Shown here one piece after another: positions 42,583-53,400 of a stretch of 55,682 nucleotides of DNA. Made by a program: the position numbers and the translations under genes. Numbering within the stretch: the stretch's first letter is position 1; every line of letters starts with the position of its first letter. This DNA comes from an uncultured virus (IMG/VR IMGVR_UViG_3300025141_012107) (Duplodnaviria > Heunggongvirae > Uroviricota > Caudoviricetes), in IMG/VR virus record IMGVR_UViG_3300025141_012107. One strand, written 5' to 3'. The notes under the pieces were generated by a model. The model worked only from the letters and a program-made list of their open reading frames with translations, was not told where the DNA came from and made no database searches.

Positions 42583-44091
42583 TTAAGCCAAACCCAAGCT
42601 GTACGGGTTTTCGGCTCCAATCTCTACCATGATATTGTCCCCCTCAAAAAGCATGGTCTTGGCAAACTTCCCAGCAAGCATAGTCAGAGCGTCGTAGTAA
42701 GTCTCAGATAAATGGTTGCTTGCGTATTGATGTCCGAATTCATGGACAAGAAAATCAACCACCATGTCAATATTGGCAGGAAATTCATCGAAGAACCTTT
42801 TCCCAACCTTGGCCTTATTGATAACCAAGGGTCCACCTGGGCCAAAGGTTCCTCTAAATCCCCACGTAATGTCGCTTGTGATATCGACCGCAATACCAAT
42901 ATCCATCGTTTTCAATGCCATCGTTTGGGCAAATTTGACAACCCGATGCATCCCATCCGTCCACTTGTCTTCCGGGATCAAATTTAACGGTTTCCCGTCT
43001 TCGTGATAAGGTTGGGGGGTCGGAGAAACCTTTCCGGCAGGAGGGGCAGAACCGCTTTGACGCACGTTATTCCATTGTCCGGACGACATGCTTCCGCCGA
43101 AAATTACCGTTCTTCCAGCCCCCATACACCGGTTATTCGCTTCCGGATCAGAAGGATCAAAGGCAACAGCGTCCTTTCCAAACCTTTCATCCTTCATATG
43201 AACAACAGCTTCTTTCGAGCATCTATCGTCTTCCGTTGCCTCTTGAACCCATTTTTCGGTGTTCTCTTCTTCGCCAACAACCAGATCATGAGTATGGTTG
43301 TAAACAAACGTCCGAACCGCCCTGAGATAGGCAGGCGTTACGTTGTCTCTGTTCATGTTGAGCGGAACCTTTTGCCCGATATCAACATGAAACTTGTCGC
43401 CGGTCTCAACGATTGGAATTCCCAACTCGTAGATCGTTGCCTTCTCGTCTCCGACAACTTCGTAGACCTTGATCTCGGTCTTTCGCATAGTCTTGCGAAG
43501 ATTGCCTTCGTCGTCAGCGACTTCTGTGGGCAACGTTTCTTCAAAAACGGCGACAGGAGAACGAGTCGGGATAACTTCTCCATTGAACTTGAATTTAATA
43601 TGGTCAGGAATGATCAAACGATGGGCAGCTTCGCATACCTGTTCAAACTCTTCCTGATTCATTCTAATCGTAGTGGTAACTTTCGTTCCAACCAATCGTT
43701 TGGTTCTGGATTGATGGCGACCGTCTTTGTCGAAGACAACCGTTCCCTTGGTGGTTTCAATGGTAGTAGATTCTCCGAAAGCAATAGCCGAAGCAATGAC
43801 CAGCTTCTCCCCAAGATTGAATCGACCGGCCTTTGTGGCATCACCCTTCTTGTAGGAAGGGGCGAAAAGGGTCCATGCATCGGATATACGACGAAACCCT
43901 TCAGGACTGTTATCAACAGCCTCTATAATGGCCGCTGGACGCCCTGGAATCTTCGTTATATAAACATTAGCCTCAGTTACATCCTCATCCCGAATGTTCT
44001 GCCAAAGCTCGTACAGGATGAACTCCTTGCCCTTATCGGCAAAGATCTGAGCCAAACCCTTGGGGTCAACAGAAAAAACCTCAGATGACAT
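42583..44091 (-). CDS. GHKL (HATPase) ATPase with C-terminal HExxH zincin-like domain
   Basis: ELWQNIRD, DNSPEGF, GRFNLGEK, GTKV; FLVHEFGH...H. Confidence 0.75.
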   Translation of the reverse strand: MSSEVFSVDPKGLAQIFADKGKEFILYELWQNIRDEDVTEANVYITKIPGRPAAIIEAVDNSPEGFRRISDAWTLFAPSYKKGDATKAGRFNLGEKLVIASAIAFGESTTIETTKGTVVFDKDGRHQSRTKRLVGTKVTTTIRMNQEEFEQVCEAAHRLIIPDHIKFKFNGEVIPTRSPVAVFEETLPTEVADDEGNLRKTMRKTEIKVYEVVGDEKATIYELGIPIVETGDKFHVDIGQKVPLNMNRDNVTPAYLRAVRTFVYNHTHDLVVGEEENTEKWVQEATEDDRCSKEAVVHMKDERFGKDAVAFDPSDPEANNRCMGAGRTVIFGGSMSSGQWNNVRQSGSAPPAGKVSPTPQPYHEDGKPLNLIPEDKWTDGMHRVVKFAQTMALKTMDIGIAVDITSDITWGFRGTFGPGGPLVINKAKVGKRFFDEFPANIDMVVDFLVHEFGHQYASNHLSETYYDALTMLAGKFAKTMLFEGDNIMVEIGAENPYSLGLA

Positions 44092-44135
44092 AATACATCT
44101 CCAAAATTTAAGTACATAACCCTATTGCTAATAAC

Positions 44136-44164
44136 ATCTTACCATAAAACATGGCAAATGTCAA
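44136..44164 (-). promoter_or_regulatory. Sigma70-like promoter
   Basis: TTGACA-N17-TAAGAT. Confidence 0.7.
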
Positions 44165-44200
44165 ACATTTCTTATTTCATTATATCAGGGGGTTTTCGGG

Positions 44201-44551
44201 CTATGGAGAAAGTTTTTCTTCCATGGCGACGACTTTGAACCGTTTCCGTATCCACTCTTTGGCTTCTTCGGGAACATTGATGTCTTCGCATGGAATAATA
44301 AGTTGTGGAGAAGGGGCTCCCCAAGCTATCCTAAAATCAGCCCAGAACTCCAGTCCTTGCAAGCCACTTCGTTCAGGCTGTTGAAGTAGAAGTCCCAACG
44401 CTTCCGGCGTTATCTCTACTTCATCCTTCTCAACATCGCACATGAAGGTTCCGAATCCATGGTGTTGGAAACGGTCTTCGGTTTGAGCGGCAACAACGAT
44501 ACAGTCTTCCCCATCTTTCTCAAAGCTTGCGATTTTTAATGCTGCGCTCAT
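44201..44551 (-). CDS. Hypothetical protein
   Basis: ORF with AAGGA RBS. Confidence 0.6.
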   Translation of the reverse strand: MSAALKIASFEKDGEDCIVVAAQTEDRFQHHGFGTFMCDVEKDEVEITPEALGLLLQQPERSGLQGLEFWADFRIAWGAPSPQLIIPCEDINVPEEAKEWIRKRFKVVAMEEKLSP

Positions 44552-45031
44552 GCTGCTATTCCTTTTGAACTTAGAAAAAAACCTGAGTCTCCCAAGATAA
44601 CCTCATCTTGGGTCCACTTACTTCAAATGAGAAAACTCCCATTCCTCATTGTTGCAGCATCTCCATCGGTCAATACGTAGACCGACAAACCCAGGCACGG
44701 AGGCACTGGGCTTAAGTATCTAAGGCGTATTCAATTAAGCTAAACCGATTAGAAGCCGGAAGAATTGGTTTTTCGTTTGATCCACCCATTATGCTGTTCC
44801 TTTGTATGTCGTGAGGTTGCTAATAGATCCTACATGATCGCAACGATATGTCAAGAGTCAGGTTCGTCATTGCCATTGAACTTAAGCCAAATGCCAAGCA
44901 ATGATGCGGCAAGAATGGCAAGAGCAATAACGAGGAGAATGACGGACTTGAGAAACTTGAATACCAAAAAGGCGGCGATCAGAACGATCAGCGTCGTAAC
45001 GATTTTGTCGAACTTTTCAAACATGATGCCC

Positions 45032-45060
45032 ATTCTACAGGATTTGCAACCCCATGTCAA
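45032..45060 (-). promoter_or_regulatory. Sigma70-like promoter upstream of a small membrane ORF
   Basis: TTGACA-N17-TAGAAT. Confidence 0.6.
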
Positions 45061-45091
45061 TAGGCTTGTTGTCGTAGAAAATGACTATTTT

Positions 45092-45823
45092 TCAGCTATA
45101 AGGACGCCTTAACCCATCCATTGTTTCTATAGACCAACTGTCCGGACACTCTGTCCTCATGTCACCTTTTTTCTTAGAAACGGGCATAGACATTGCTCGT
45201 TTCTCCACTAACATAATGTTGGGATAGAAGTGTACAGACCATGTTTGATCCCTGAACTCAATGGGATAAACAGTGCCAACCTTTTCAGGATCCCATTTGT
45301 ATTTCCATTTATGCAAGTAATCTATGAAGTTCTTCGAGTATTCGATAAAACTATTCTCGGAAAGATATCCTCCCCCATGACCTTCGTGATAACATAGAAA
45401 CGTGTCTTCGCAAACGTATACTCCATCTGGGGAAATAAGAGGATAGAAAACTTCAAAAGAACAACGCATCTGATCCATATGATGACCACCGTCGTCTATC
45501 ACAATGTCTATCTTAGGGATATGAGAGGCAACGTCATATAGGAAATACTTGTCTGTTTGACTGCCAATGAAAACTTTGATCTGTTTGTTATCAGCTTGTT
45601 TGCATTCAGGCTTAATGTCTATCCCATATACCTTGGCGTCGGATCCGAAATAGTCTGCCCACATCTTTAGGGATCCGCCTTCTGCTACCCCAATCTCCAA
45701 GATGCCCACATCAGTTCCACGGAATCTGCTAAGATGGCGTTCGTAGACTTCGAACGAATGGGTCCATTTGTAAATCATATCTCCGTGTTCGTTGTTTTCG
45801 AAGTATTCCTGCAAGTCGTTCAT
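45092..45823 (-). CDS. Class I SAM-dependent methyltransferase (sugar O-methyltransferase-like)
   Basis: LEIGVAEGGSL, GIDI, IGSQ, IDDGGH, YVCED. Confidence 0.85.
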   Translation of the reverse strand: MNDLQEYFENNEHGDMIYKWTHSFEVYERHLSRFRGTDVGILEIGVAEGGSLKMWADYFGSDAKVYGIDIKPECKQADNKQIKVFIGSQTDKYFLYDVASHIPKIDIVIDDGGHHMDQMRCSFEVFYPLISPDGVYVCEDTFLCYHEGHGGGYLSENSFIEYSKNFIDYLHKWKYKWDPEKVGTVYPIEFRDQTWSVHFYPNIMLVEKRAMSMPVSKKKGDMRTECPDSWSIETMDGLRRPYS

Positions 45824-45825
45824 AT

Positions 45826-46581
45826 CTATATGATCGTCAAATATTTGGCAGGAATATCATCGAAAAAGATAACCGTGTCAGGATCCAATCCGTCGCTAGA
45901 ATCAACCTCATAGTAATAATCTTCTAAACCTATCCTGTTAGCTAAAGACTCTTTCATGTACTTCTCTTCAAATGGCTCTTCGTCCGACACCTCTGGCATG
46001 TACCCGTCCTGCTTCATCCTTCCTAAGTCGATCTCTATTACTTGGTCATAATGAGAATAGACGGTATCAGTGTTGGCGGAAGTAAAAACCCCACATCCAG
46101 TATGCCTGTTGCTGATCCCCCTGGTCTCGCACCTGGCTTCCAGCCCGTCTCTCATGATGTCTTCAACACGATCTTCATACGTTCCATGATACACTTTGCT
46201 TCCATGGGCTACTCCGTCCCAGTAGGTTCCTTCGTCTATGGGGTTCACGTAGTCTAGCAAGTCGTAGTCCGTTAACCCGTCTATCCACTCAGTAGCGTTT
46301 AGCACAGACCCATCGACGACAACATGAAGTTCTCCATTGTCGAATACGACAATAGGGTTGGCGCTGGGGAAGTCTCCGACCTCTTCCCATTCAATACCTG
46401 ACTTTTCCAAGACATATCGGATCCCATGAGGATCCTCAATCATGTAATCTTCTAAGACTTGTTCGGCAGGAACGTGGGGTATGGACTCATCTATTTCATG
46501 CTGTTCTTGCATGAATGGCATATGAAGCTGTTGGGCAACATGAAACCAATTAGACAACTGCTCCGACTCCAGCCCCTCCAC
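45826..46581 (-). CDS. ADP-ribosyltransferase-fold protein
   Basis: VYHGT...I.RDGL...GVFTS; NWFHVAQ motif near the N-terminus. Confidence 0.55.
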   Translation of the reverse strand: MEGLESEQLSNWFHVAQQLHMPFMQEQHEIDESIPHVPAEQVLEDYMIEDPHGIRYVLEKSGIEWEEVGDFPSANPIVVFDNGELHVVVDGSVLNATEWIDGLTDYDLLDYVNPIDEGTYWDGVAHGSKVYHGTYEDRVEDIMRDGLEARCETRGISNRHTGCGVFTSANTDTVYSHYDQVIEIDLGRMKQDGYMPEVSDEEPFEEKYMKESLANRIGLEDYYYEVDSSDGLDPDTVIFFDDIPAKYLTII

Positions 46582-48115
46582 CTTCGTCTTCTGTCTTGAC
46601 TCCTGGCGAAGGGATTTGCATTGTTGGGGCCACTGCCGGGTCTGTGGGTTGGGCTCTCAACTGAGGCAGAACATTATCCAATGCCATATAGGCTCTTTGC
46701 ATATCGCCAATAACTATTAAGTTAGCAGCACCGCCTTTGCCAAACATTCTGCGATCAAACGTTCCATCTTGCTTTATGATGTTTGCCAAATATCTAGCCA
46801 CAATAGTCTTGGCACTGTTCTTGAACTCTGTTAGGCTTGCTACAAATCCAGGATCCTTCCGGATGCTATCCAGAGACAGGGTTTGACCAGATTCGCTTCT
46901 CCCAACTATTGCCTGATGCAAGCCGTCGATTGCATCCCTTGTCTTCTGTAGTGTATCTTGATCAATACCCAATTCTGTGCTAACTTCATGACCCTGTTGT
47001 TCATAAGAGCCTGGATGAGAGAACAGTTCAGTTTTAGCCGGTCTCCTTATACCTAAAATATCCCCTAGTGTTACGCTTTCGATAGGCGTTGTCGGCATAG
47101 TAACATCTGGCTGGTCGAACTCTTCGGGAGAGTCCTCTCTTTGTTGTCTATAGTTTCTGTCATACTCAACGCCAGACCTTGACTGGTCCCATTTCGATCT
47201 AATTAGATTAGCAACTTCTATTAATTGGGGTTGCAGTTCAGCTTGAACTTCAGGTGCGATCTGGAGAGTCCCGCTTGTAATATCCGATTCCAAGCTCTCT
47301 GGGTTTTGATAATACAGATAGATAATTGAGTCAAATATATCTTCCTTTGGAACGGACTCCCCCGTATCGGGTCTAGTGCCAGTCGTAACGATTTCTCTTA
47401 GGAAATTGTCGAAATCTTGAACTACAGAATCAAAGTCTTCATGCAGGCCCTCTCCCTCATGCCGTCTTTCAAAAGCACCCTGTTGCCCAGAGAGTTCTGC
47501 TAGCCTGCTATCTATTGATTTTTTTGCTCTTCCTATGATCAGGGGAAGGTTGGTTATATTTAGATTATCCTCGGACCACTCTATCATTCTTTCGTTCAAC
47601 TGATCAATACCTTGATTCATCTTCTCCAAGATGCCAGGTCGAAGGTATTTTTCATCCGCAGCCTTGACGGCTTTTGTTATTTCTGTTTCTTCGCCACGTT
47701 CATAGGTAAAGACATCAATCGTTCCGTTGTCTATGTTCATTAGGGCAACGTAGCCTGGATAGTCTTTCTTTGAGCCATCTTTTCTAGGTTTGCCGTATTT
47801 GGGATTGGCATGAGAAACAAAGTAGTACGAATTGCCGTCTCCGATATCGATGATTTTTCGTGTATCAGAATTCTGTTCCAGTATGCCCCACAAAGGTAGG
47901 TTAATATCCCTACCAATGATCTTTCTTATTTCGGTCTTGGGGGTTTTGGATTGCCTGTGGGTGTCCTGAAGATCGGGACCTATTTGACCTCGTTCCTTGG
48001 GATCGAAGTCAACTCGATGTAACCCTGCCCCCGGCATTCGGCTCTTCAGTTCGTCCGGTGCTTGGGGGACCGGCATGGCGTTTTTCTTAAAACCTTTGGT
48101 CGTAATCTGTCTCAT
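46550..48115 (-). CDS. Large hypothetical protein
   Basis: 521-aa ORF with GGAG RBS. Confidence 0.75.
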   Translation of the reverse strand: MRQITTKGFKKNAMPVPQAPDELKSRMPGAGLHRVDFDPKERGQIGPDLQDTHRQSKTPKTEIRKIIGRDINLPLWGILEQNSDTRKIIDIGDGNSYYFVSHANPKYGKPRKDGSKKDYPGYVALMNIDNGTIDVFTYERGEETEITKAVKAADEKYLRPGILEKMNQGIDQLNERMIEWSEDNLNITNLPLIIGRAKKSIDSRLAELSGQQGAFERRHEGEGLHEDFDSVVQDFDNFLREIVTTGTRPDTGESVPKEDIFDSIIYLYYQNPESLESDITSGTLQIAPEVQAELQPQLIEVANLIRSKWDQSRSGVEYDRNYRQQREDSPEEFDQPDVTMPTTPIESVTLGDILGIRRPAKTELFSHPGSYEQQGHEVSTELGIDQDTLQKTRDAIDGLHQAIVGRSESGQTLSLDSIRKDPGFVASLTEFKNSAKTIVARYLANIIKQDGTFDRRMFGKGGAANLIVIGDMQRAYMALDNVLPQLRAQPTDPAVAPTMQIPSPGVKTEDEGGGAGVGAVV

Positions 48116-48178
48116 GTCTCATCTCCAGATAAATTGGCTTATCTATCTGTTCGATGATTATGCCCGTATTCCTTGTAT

Positions 48179-48218
48179 AAAAAAAGGGCCAAGGGATTAA
48201 CCCCTCAGCCCTATTTTT
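48179..48218. terminator. Bidirectional terminator
   Basis: A-run, GGGCCAAGGG...CCCTCAGCCC, T-run. Confidence 0.55.
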
Positions 48219-48398
48219 AGGCCAGAGCGAGATTAAGCCTCCGTTTTTCGCCAAATTTCGGCAAAGGATCATATATTAGCGATTATGCCAGGATATGGCT
48301 TGTTATCGCTAATATATGAGCTATTGCGATACAAAAGCCTACTCGCCGGGCAGCACCGATAGCCCGGCGAGAGGCTCTTGCGAAGGAGGTTCTAAGCC

Positions 48399-48716
48399 TT
48401 AGTCCTGAACCGCTCTCGCTTCTTCAGCGAAGTGGTCGTATTCCTGAACGATGCCGATTTCGTATGCACCGGGAGCGACGGCAACCTTGCCATGCTCTTC
48501 GTGAGAAATCTCTGCGCCGTTGGGAGCCGAAAGGAATCGAGTTCCATTCGGAGCTTCCAAGACAGCAACGCCGTCGCCGGTTGCCCTGTGGGCATGACCC
48601 GTTAGTTCGCCTTCAGCCAATACATGACCGACGATAGGCTTGCCTTGAAACTTCGACGGATCGCAAGCCTTGATGAGTACATCTCCCTGTTGTCCAAACT
48701 TCTTGATAGTATTCAT
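48399..48716 (-). CDS. Conserved His-rich phage protein (QQGDV, LAEGELTGHAH, HEEH)
   Basis: Motifs I associate with the small partner of DUF6745 proteins. Confidence 0.7.
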   Translation of the reverse strand: MNTIKKFGQQGDVLIKACDPSKFQGKPIVGHVLAEGELTGHAHRATGDGVAVLEAPNGTRFLSAPNGAEISHEEHGKVAVAPGAYEIGIVQEYDHFAEEARAVQD

Positions 48717-48732
48717 ATCCTGAGTTCTCCTT

Positions 48733-49689
48733 TTAGGTTAGGACTTCCGGTTTGTCATTCGTTCCATTGCGGAAAGCCAAAGCTTCCGCTACTGTCTTGG
48801 TATCCGGAGGAACCCCTTCCATGTGCCATGTCTGAATCGAAGGGTTCTCCATAAATAGGTAGGGACGAGGATTGCCGACTCGTTCGTCTCCATCTTCGTC
48901 TCCATCTTCGTCTCTATCTTCATCATCGACATCATCGGTATTTTGTCCGATGTCCAAAAGAACCAGCTTGTAGCCGTCCTGTTCGTCCAGCGTCTCCCCG
49001 CCAAGCTTATGGTATATCCGTTCTACCCCCACTTTGCGAACAAATTCTCGACGAAGTTCAGCATTTGAGATGCGAGCGATCAATTTCGGATCGATTTCTC
49101 CCTCAGGGGTCTCCGCAAGCCAATCGGGTACTCTTACCCCATTCAACGCAAAGACGCCATATCCATCCCTGAAAACCATGGAAGGACCGCCGTCATGATG
49201 TAAATCAAGCTCTTCGTTGCACCAAATCTTGAGAGGACGTTCGGAAATGAAGCAATGCGTATCAAAGGCCCAAGTCCAAGCACAAGCCCGAACCAACTTC
49301 TGCCAAATCTGTAATCGTTCGATATGCTCCTTCTCAAACTTGCATCCAATCTCAAGGCAGAATAGATAGAAGCTGACCCAATATGCATCGAATTGACCCC
49401 AAGAAAATACTTGATGATATTTCGTTAGTTCCGCTTCAGGAATCGGCTTGTCTCCGTGTTCTTTCTTCCAGAGAATCGTGTTGATTTCTTTGAGACAGGA
49501 GAGAGGAGAGTCACACCAGACGAATTCGGGTGCTTTGGGCTGTTCCATAACCTGATAGAATTCAGCCATTGCCTCTTCGGCCAAAGGGCGATCTGCGGTA
49601 TCCGTTGATACGCCTATCTTGTACCACTTCTTCTTGGTATCTTCTAGCAGTTGTTCTTGTTTCGGCGTCAGTTCCGTAATCATTGTCAT
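48733..49689 (-). CDS. DUF6745-like protein
   Basis: FVWCDSP, GQFDAYW, SERP, LHHDGGP, DGY, NAELRR. Confidence 0.7.
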   Translation of the reverse strand: MTMITELTPKQEQLLEDTKKKWYKIGVSTDTADRPLAEEAMAEFYQVMEQPKAPEFVWCDSPLSCLKEINTILWKKEHGDKPIPEAELTKYHQVFSWGQFDAYWVSFYLFCLEIGCKFEKEHIERLQIWQKLVRACAWTWAFDTHCFISERPLKIWCNEELDLHHDGGPSMVFRDGYGVFALNGVRVPDWLAETPEGEIDPKLIARISNAELRREFVRKVGVERIYHKLGGETLDEQDGYKLVLLDIGQNTDDVDDEDRDEDGDEDGDERVGNPRPYLFMENPSIQTWHMEGVPPDTKTVAEALAFRNGTNDKPEVLT

Positions 49690-49998
49690 TCTCCGTTGGG
49701 TTGCAATATATCAGATGGGTTATAATCTATCATACCCCATGGTCGATGTCAACCCTTATTATTCTGTCCCTATTTTTGGCGGCAAATGACAAAAAACCAG
49801 AGAAAAATCGCCCTCCCCCAAAAAACCCTGAGCTTACTCGTCTCCCTGCAAGCCTCTACAAGCGCATGTGGAGATCTGTCTAAAAACCTGGGATCGTAAA
49901 AAGGAGCATAAATGGATGCACGAATGTTTCCCCTTTCATGACCCGTAAAATATGTGGCCCAATAAGAAAACGCTATGTTCCATTCCGGACTTCCAATG

Positions 49999-50496
49999 TT
50001 AAGGGATTTCATCAACCCACTCCATGCCCAACTCTTCAGCCGATTCTACATGATTGGTCATCGCCATTTGAACGGCACTGGTAATTGATTTCTCAACCGT
50101 TGGCGTAATCAATTCTCTACCGCAGTTTTTGCATGTCGGAATCTCAAGAGATTGTATCTCAATCGGAACGTCAACGCCATTGATTTTTACCGTTTCAACG
50201 TATCTTTTTGACCTTATCCAAACAGACAGTTGAAAACAACTAGGACATTTCCATGGAAACTTGGTCTTAGTCGTGTTTTTATGACTTTGTCTGATAGCGT
50301 ATAAATCGTCTTGTAATAGTTCGTTTTTCTTGTGCAAACCGATACTATAGGCAACAACGGAATAAACGACTGCCATTAGCATCATTGCCAAACCCATCCA
50401 GAAATTGAAAAACAACTGCACCGCACCGCCCAATAGACATGTCCAATAAACGACGATGATAGCAAAGTTTTTTAGCCCGTCGAGCATTCCTCTCAT
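49999..50496 (-). CDS. Membrane protein with MqsA-like zinc finger
   Basis: Two transmembrane helices; CPSC...CKNCG. Confidence 0.55.
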   Translation of the reverse strand: MRGMLDGLKNFAIIVVYWTCLLGGAVQLFFNFWMGLAMMLMAVVYSVVAYSIGLHKKNELLQDDLYAIRQSHKNTTKTKFPWKCPSCFQLSVWIRSKRYVETVKINGVDVPIEIQSLEIPTCKNCGRELITPTVEKSITSAVQMAMTNHVESAEELGMEWVDEIP

Positions 50497-53400
50497 ACTA
50501 CCATATTCGACTCACTTAATCTTAGCCCCTTGTTTCCTATGTCTCCATAGGTTTCGAAGCAATACTTATCAAACATGTCCCATTCAAAGATGTCCCCAAA
50601 ATTATGTATGTGCCTCAAATGGGTAAGCTCACGGAAAACAAGGTTAGACACATCCGGGCCGAAGTAATCAAAAACATCCTCTTCCATGGCCTCTTCAGTA
50701 TGAAACGTGTAATGATGCTTATAATCCGTTTGCAAATTGATCATAACATATCTTTCCCATTAACGATTCCGTCCCTAACTTGATCTCTAACCATATAAGG
50801 AGCTCTGATCGTCAACTGATTCCATATGTGACTGCGAAGATCAGATCGCCACGGCATCTCTTTATCTACAGCACTAGCTAAAGAACCAGTCTGCTTTACC
50901 GTCAACGGCATACTGGGAACATAAGTCCTACCTTCGGATTGTATCAGTATTAATTTCATGGCATACTTAGTCTATTCACCATCCCATTTTGAAGTCAAGT
51001 CTATCATGCTTGTAAAGAAAGGTACAGATATTTCTCTCATGCTAACGAAAATTTCAGCTTCTAAGGGAAATACCATGTCGCTACTGATCCCAGGATATTC
51101 GGCAAAAACAAAACCCGCCTCAACAGTAGACCCGTACAGATGACCCTTTAAATGGTTAAACGGAAATAAAGAATATGGATGAACCAAGTTATCCATACTG
51201 CCATCCGTAAATAATCCTGGGAACAGGACGAGGTTCTATTGCTCTCATCTTTGCAAAAATATCAGAAGCTAAGCCAGCATCTATCCTTCCTTTTACCGCA
51301 TTCGGTCGCAGACCACTACCTACGTTCGTATCTATCCAACTACTACGCAATATGCATAGGTCGAATATGGCAGACTTTCCGCTGAATGCTATGTTAATCA
51401 TTGGCGTAAATGCTTTCACTGAGAATGCGGTTGTATTCGCTGGTAATACTGGTGTGATTGTCTATAATAGGATTAAAAGCATCGGAAGCAACGTTGTACA
51501 AGCCTATTTCGAATAGCTTCCACGTATGAGGGAGAGGGACAGTGGGAATAGGGACTACATGAGTGCTGCCAGCTAAGTTAAGCATTATTCAACCCCCTGT
51601 CCCACTGCGGTCAATGTCTCTTTTTGCTACTCTCGGTCGATTGTGTATCTTCATTCGTTCAACAATTGCCCAATAACAAGCGGGACCAATGTCCCAAATT
51701 CCACGCCAAGGATAACAATCGTATATGGTCAACAATGGAGTTCCATTGACCATATGCCTTGTCTCTATGATTTGGCAAACTAATAGGATTCATATCTGCA
51801 TCATTTCTAAATCCCATGAAGCTTCAAAATCAACAGTCATGATGTCCATGTATCTCAAAAGAGCACCTATAAGGTCTCCCCTCTCCCATGCTCCCCACAA
51901 ATCTCTGTCCAACTGCTCTTGCATGAGCATGTACACTGTGTGCTCAACCATGAAATTAGACTTGAGTAAACTGCTAAGGTTGGTCATATCGGATCCTTTC
52001 GAACCCTCAGCCAATGTTTGACGACATCGTCAGCAAGCATGAAAACGAATTGCCACATTCTTGAATAGCTTGTCTGATACTTAATCACAAACTGAGGGTC
52101 CAAGTGACTTCTTGCCATGTGACCATAATCGATCTCCAGTATGGACCATATGTCGTAATAACTACCTTCCCATTTCCATCCATGCCATATTTTGCCAGCC
52201 AAATTTTTCATTAGTCTTCCGCCGAAGGTATGCCTCTCAACATAATCAAATTCATATTCATCAAAGGATCGCTTTGAACATATAGATAAGTTGAACAATT
52301 GCCGGTGCTGCAAGTAATCCTAATCTCTTCAAAACAACTGAAAAGGAAAAAGATAGCCTGTCGAGTAAGATTGGTTCTTGTCCGGTCTATCTTCATAGAG
52401 CGACGAGCCATGTTGTAAATATTAGATAAGTTAGTCATAGTCGTCTTCCATTCGTCCCGTATCAATGGCGACCTGGTTCATCAGAACATTAACGCCTCCC
52501 CATATGAATCTCATCGCTATCTCTTCTACAAGACTATTGCCCATCAGATCACCATCGGCTGGAACTTCAAAGCTGAAGCATAAGGTAGGTATGCCATCGT
52601 ACATTGCTGCTCTGTCGGGTTCAGGATTGAGTTCTATGCTTTTCATTCTGGCGGTATGACTATTCGGCTGATTCTGTCGATGCTTTCAAGCTCTCGAATT
52701 TTTTTCACGATGACCCTATCCTGTCCATCCCGATGTTTTCCTTGCAAGCTTATGCGCACATTTTGCCAAGTCCAAGGAACACCTGTATTGACGACGGTAC
52801 TAGACAGATTCTTCATGACCCTGCTCCCTTATATGTTCGCTGAAATCCGGCAACAAACAGTTGAGAGACGAATTGCAGAAGTTACTAAACTCTCTTGCGT
52901 AGTGATTCTCAAAACCATCTCCAGTCTTTAATCCCAGAAACCTCATGGTCGCTTTGCATAAGTTGAATTCAAACAAATCCCATGTCTTCGTAAGCGTCGG
53001 ATGATATCCTATGTTTGCAAGGTTGATCATAAAGCATCCTTTCTTAAGATCGTCTAAAACAATACGACGATATGATCTCAATGAACAGGGAAAGGGTTCT
53101 ATCCCAAAAACTTCTCTAAGGCGAATGAACAAAGGCGCATAAATATGGTTCTCCGTAGTGTTGTACGGATGAAAGCTGATGGGAATGGGACCAATACTAT
53201 TTATCGTGAACCTCTATCGCAAAGAACAGGTAATTTCGTACATCTTAACAGAAACCAATGAAATGATCAAGACTTACGAATTTTTCGGCAAAAGAAACGA
53301 TAATCAAACTCTATGGGTTCCATCTCCCATCTTCACCGTATATGATCTGCGCCTTCATCAGTTGAGACAAGCTTAAAACAACATCGTCCATGACCCAGTC

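Noticed and set aside
43003..44088. 361-aa plus-strand ORF and similar long antisense ORFs (3737-4492, 17010-17660)
   Set aside because: They are shadows of motif-bearing minus-strand genes.
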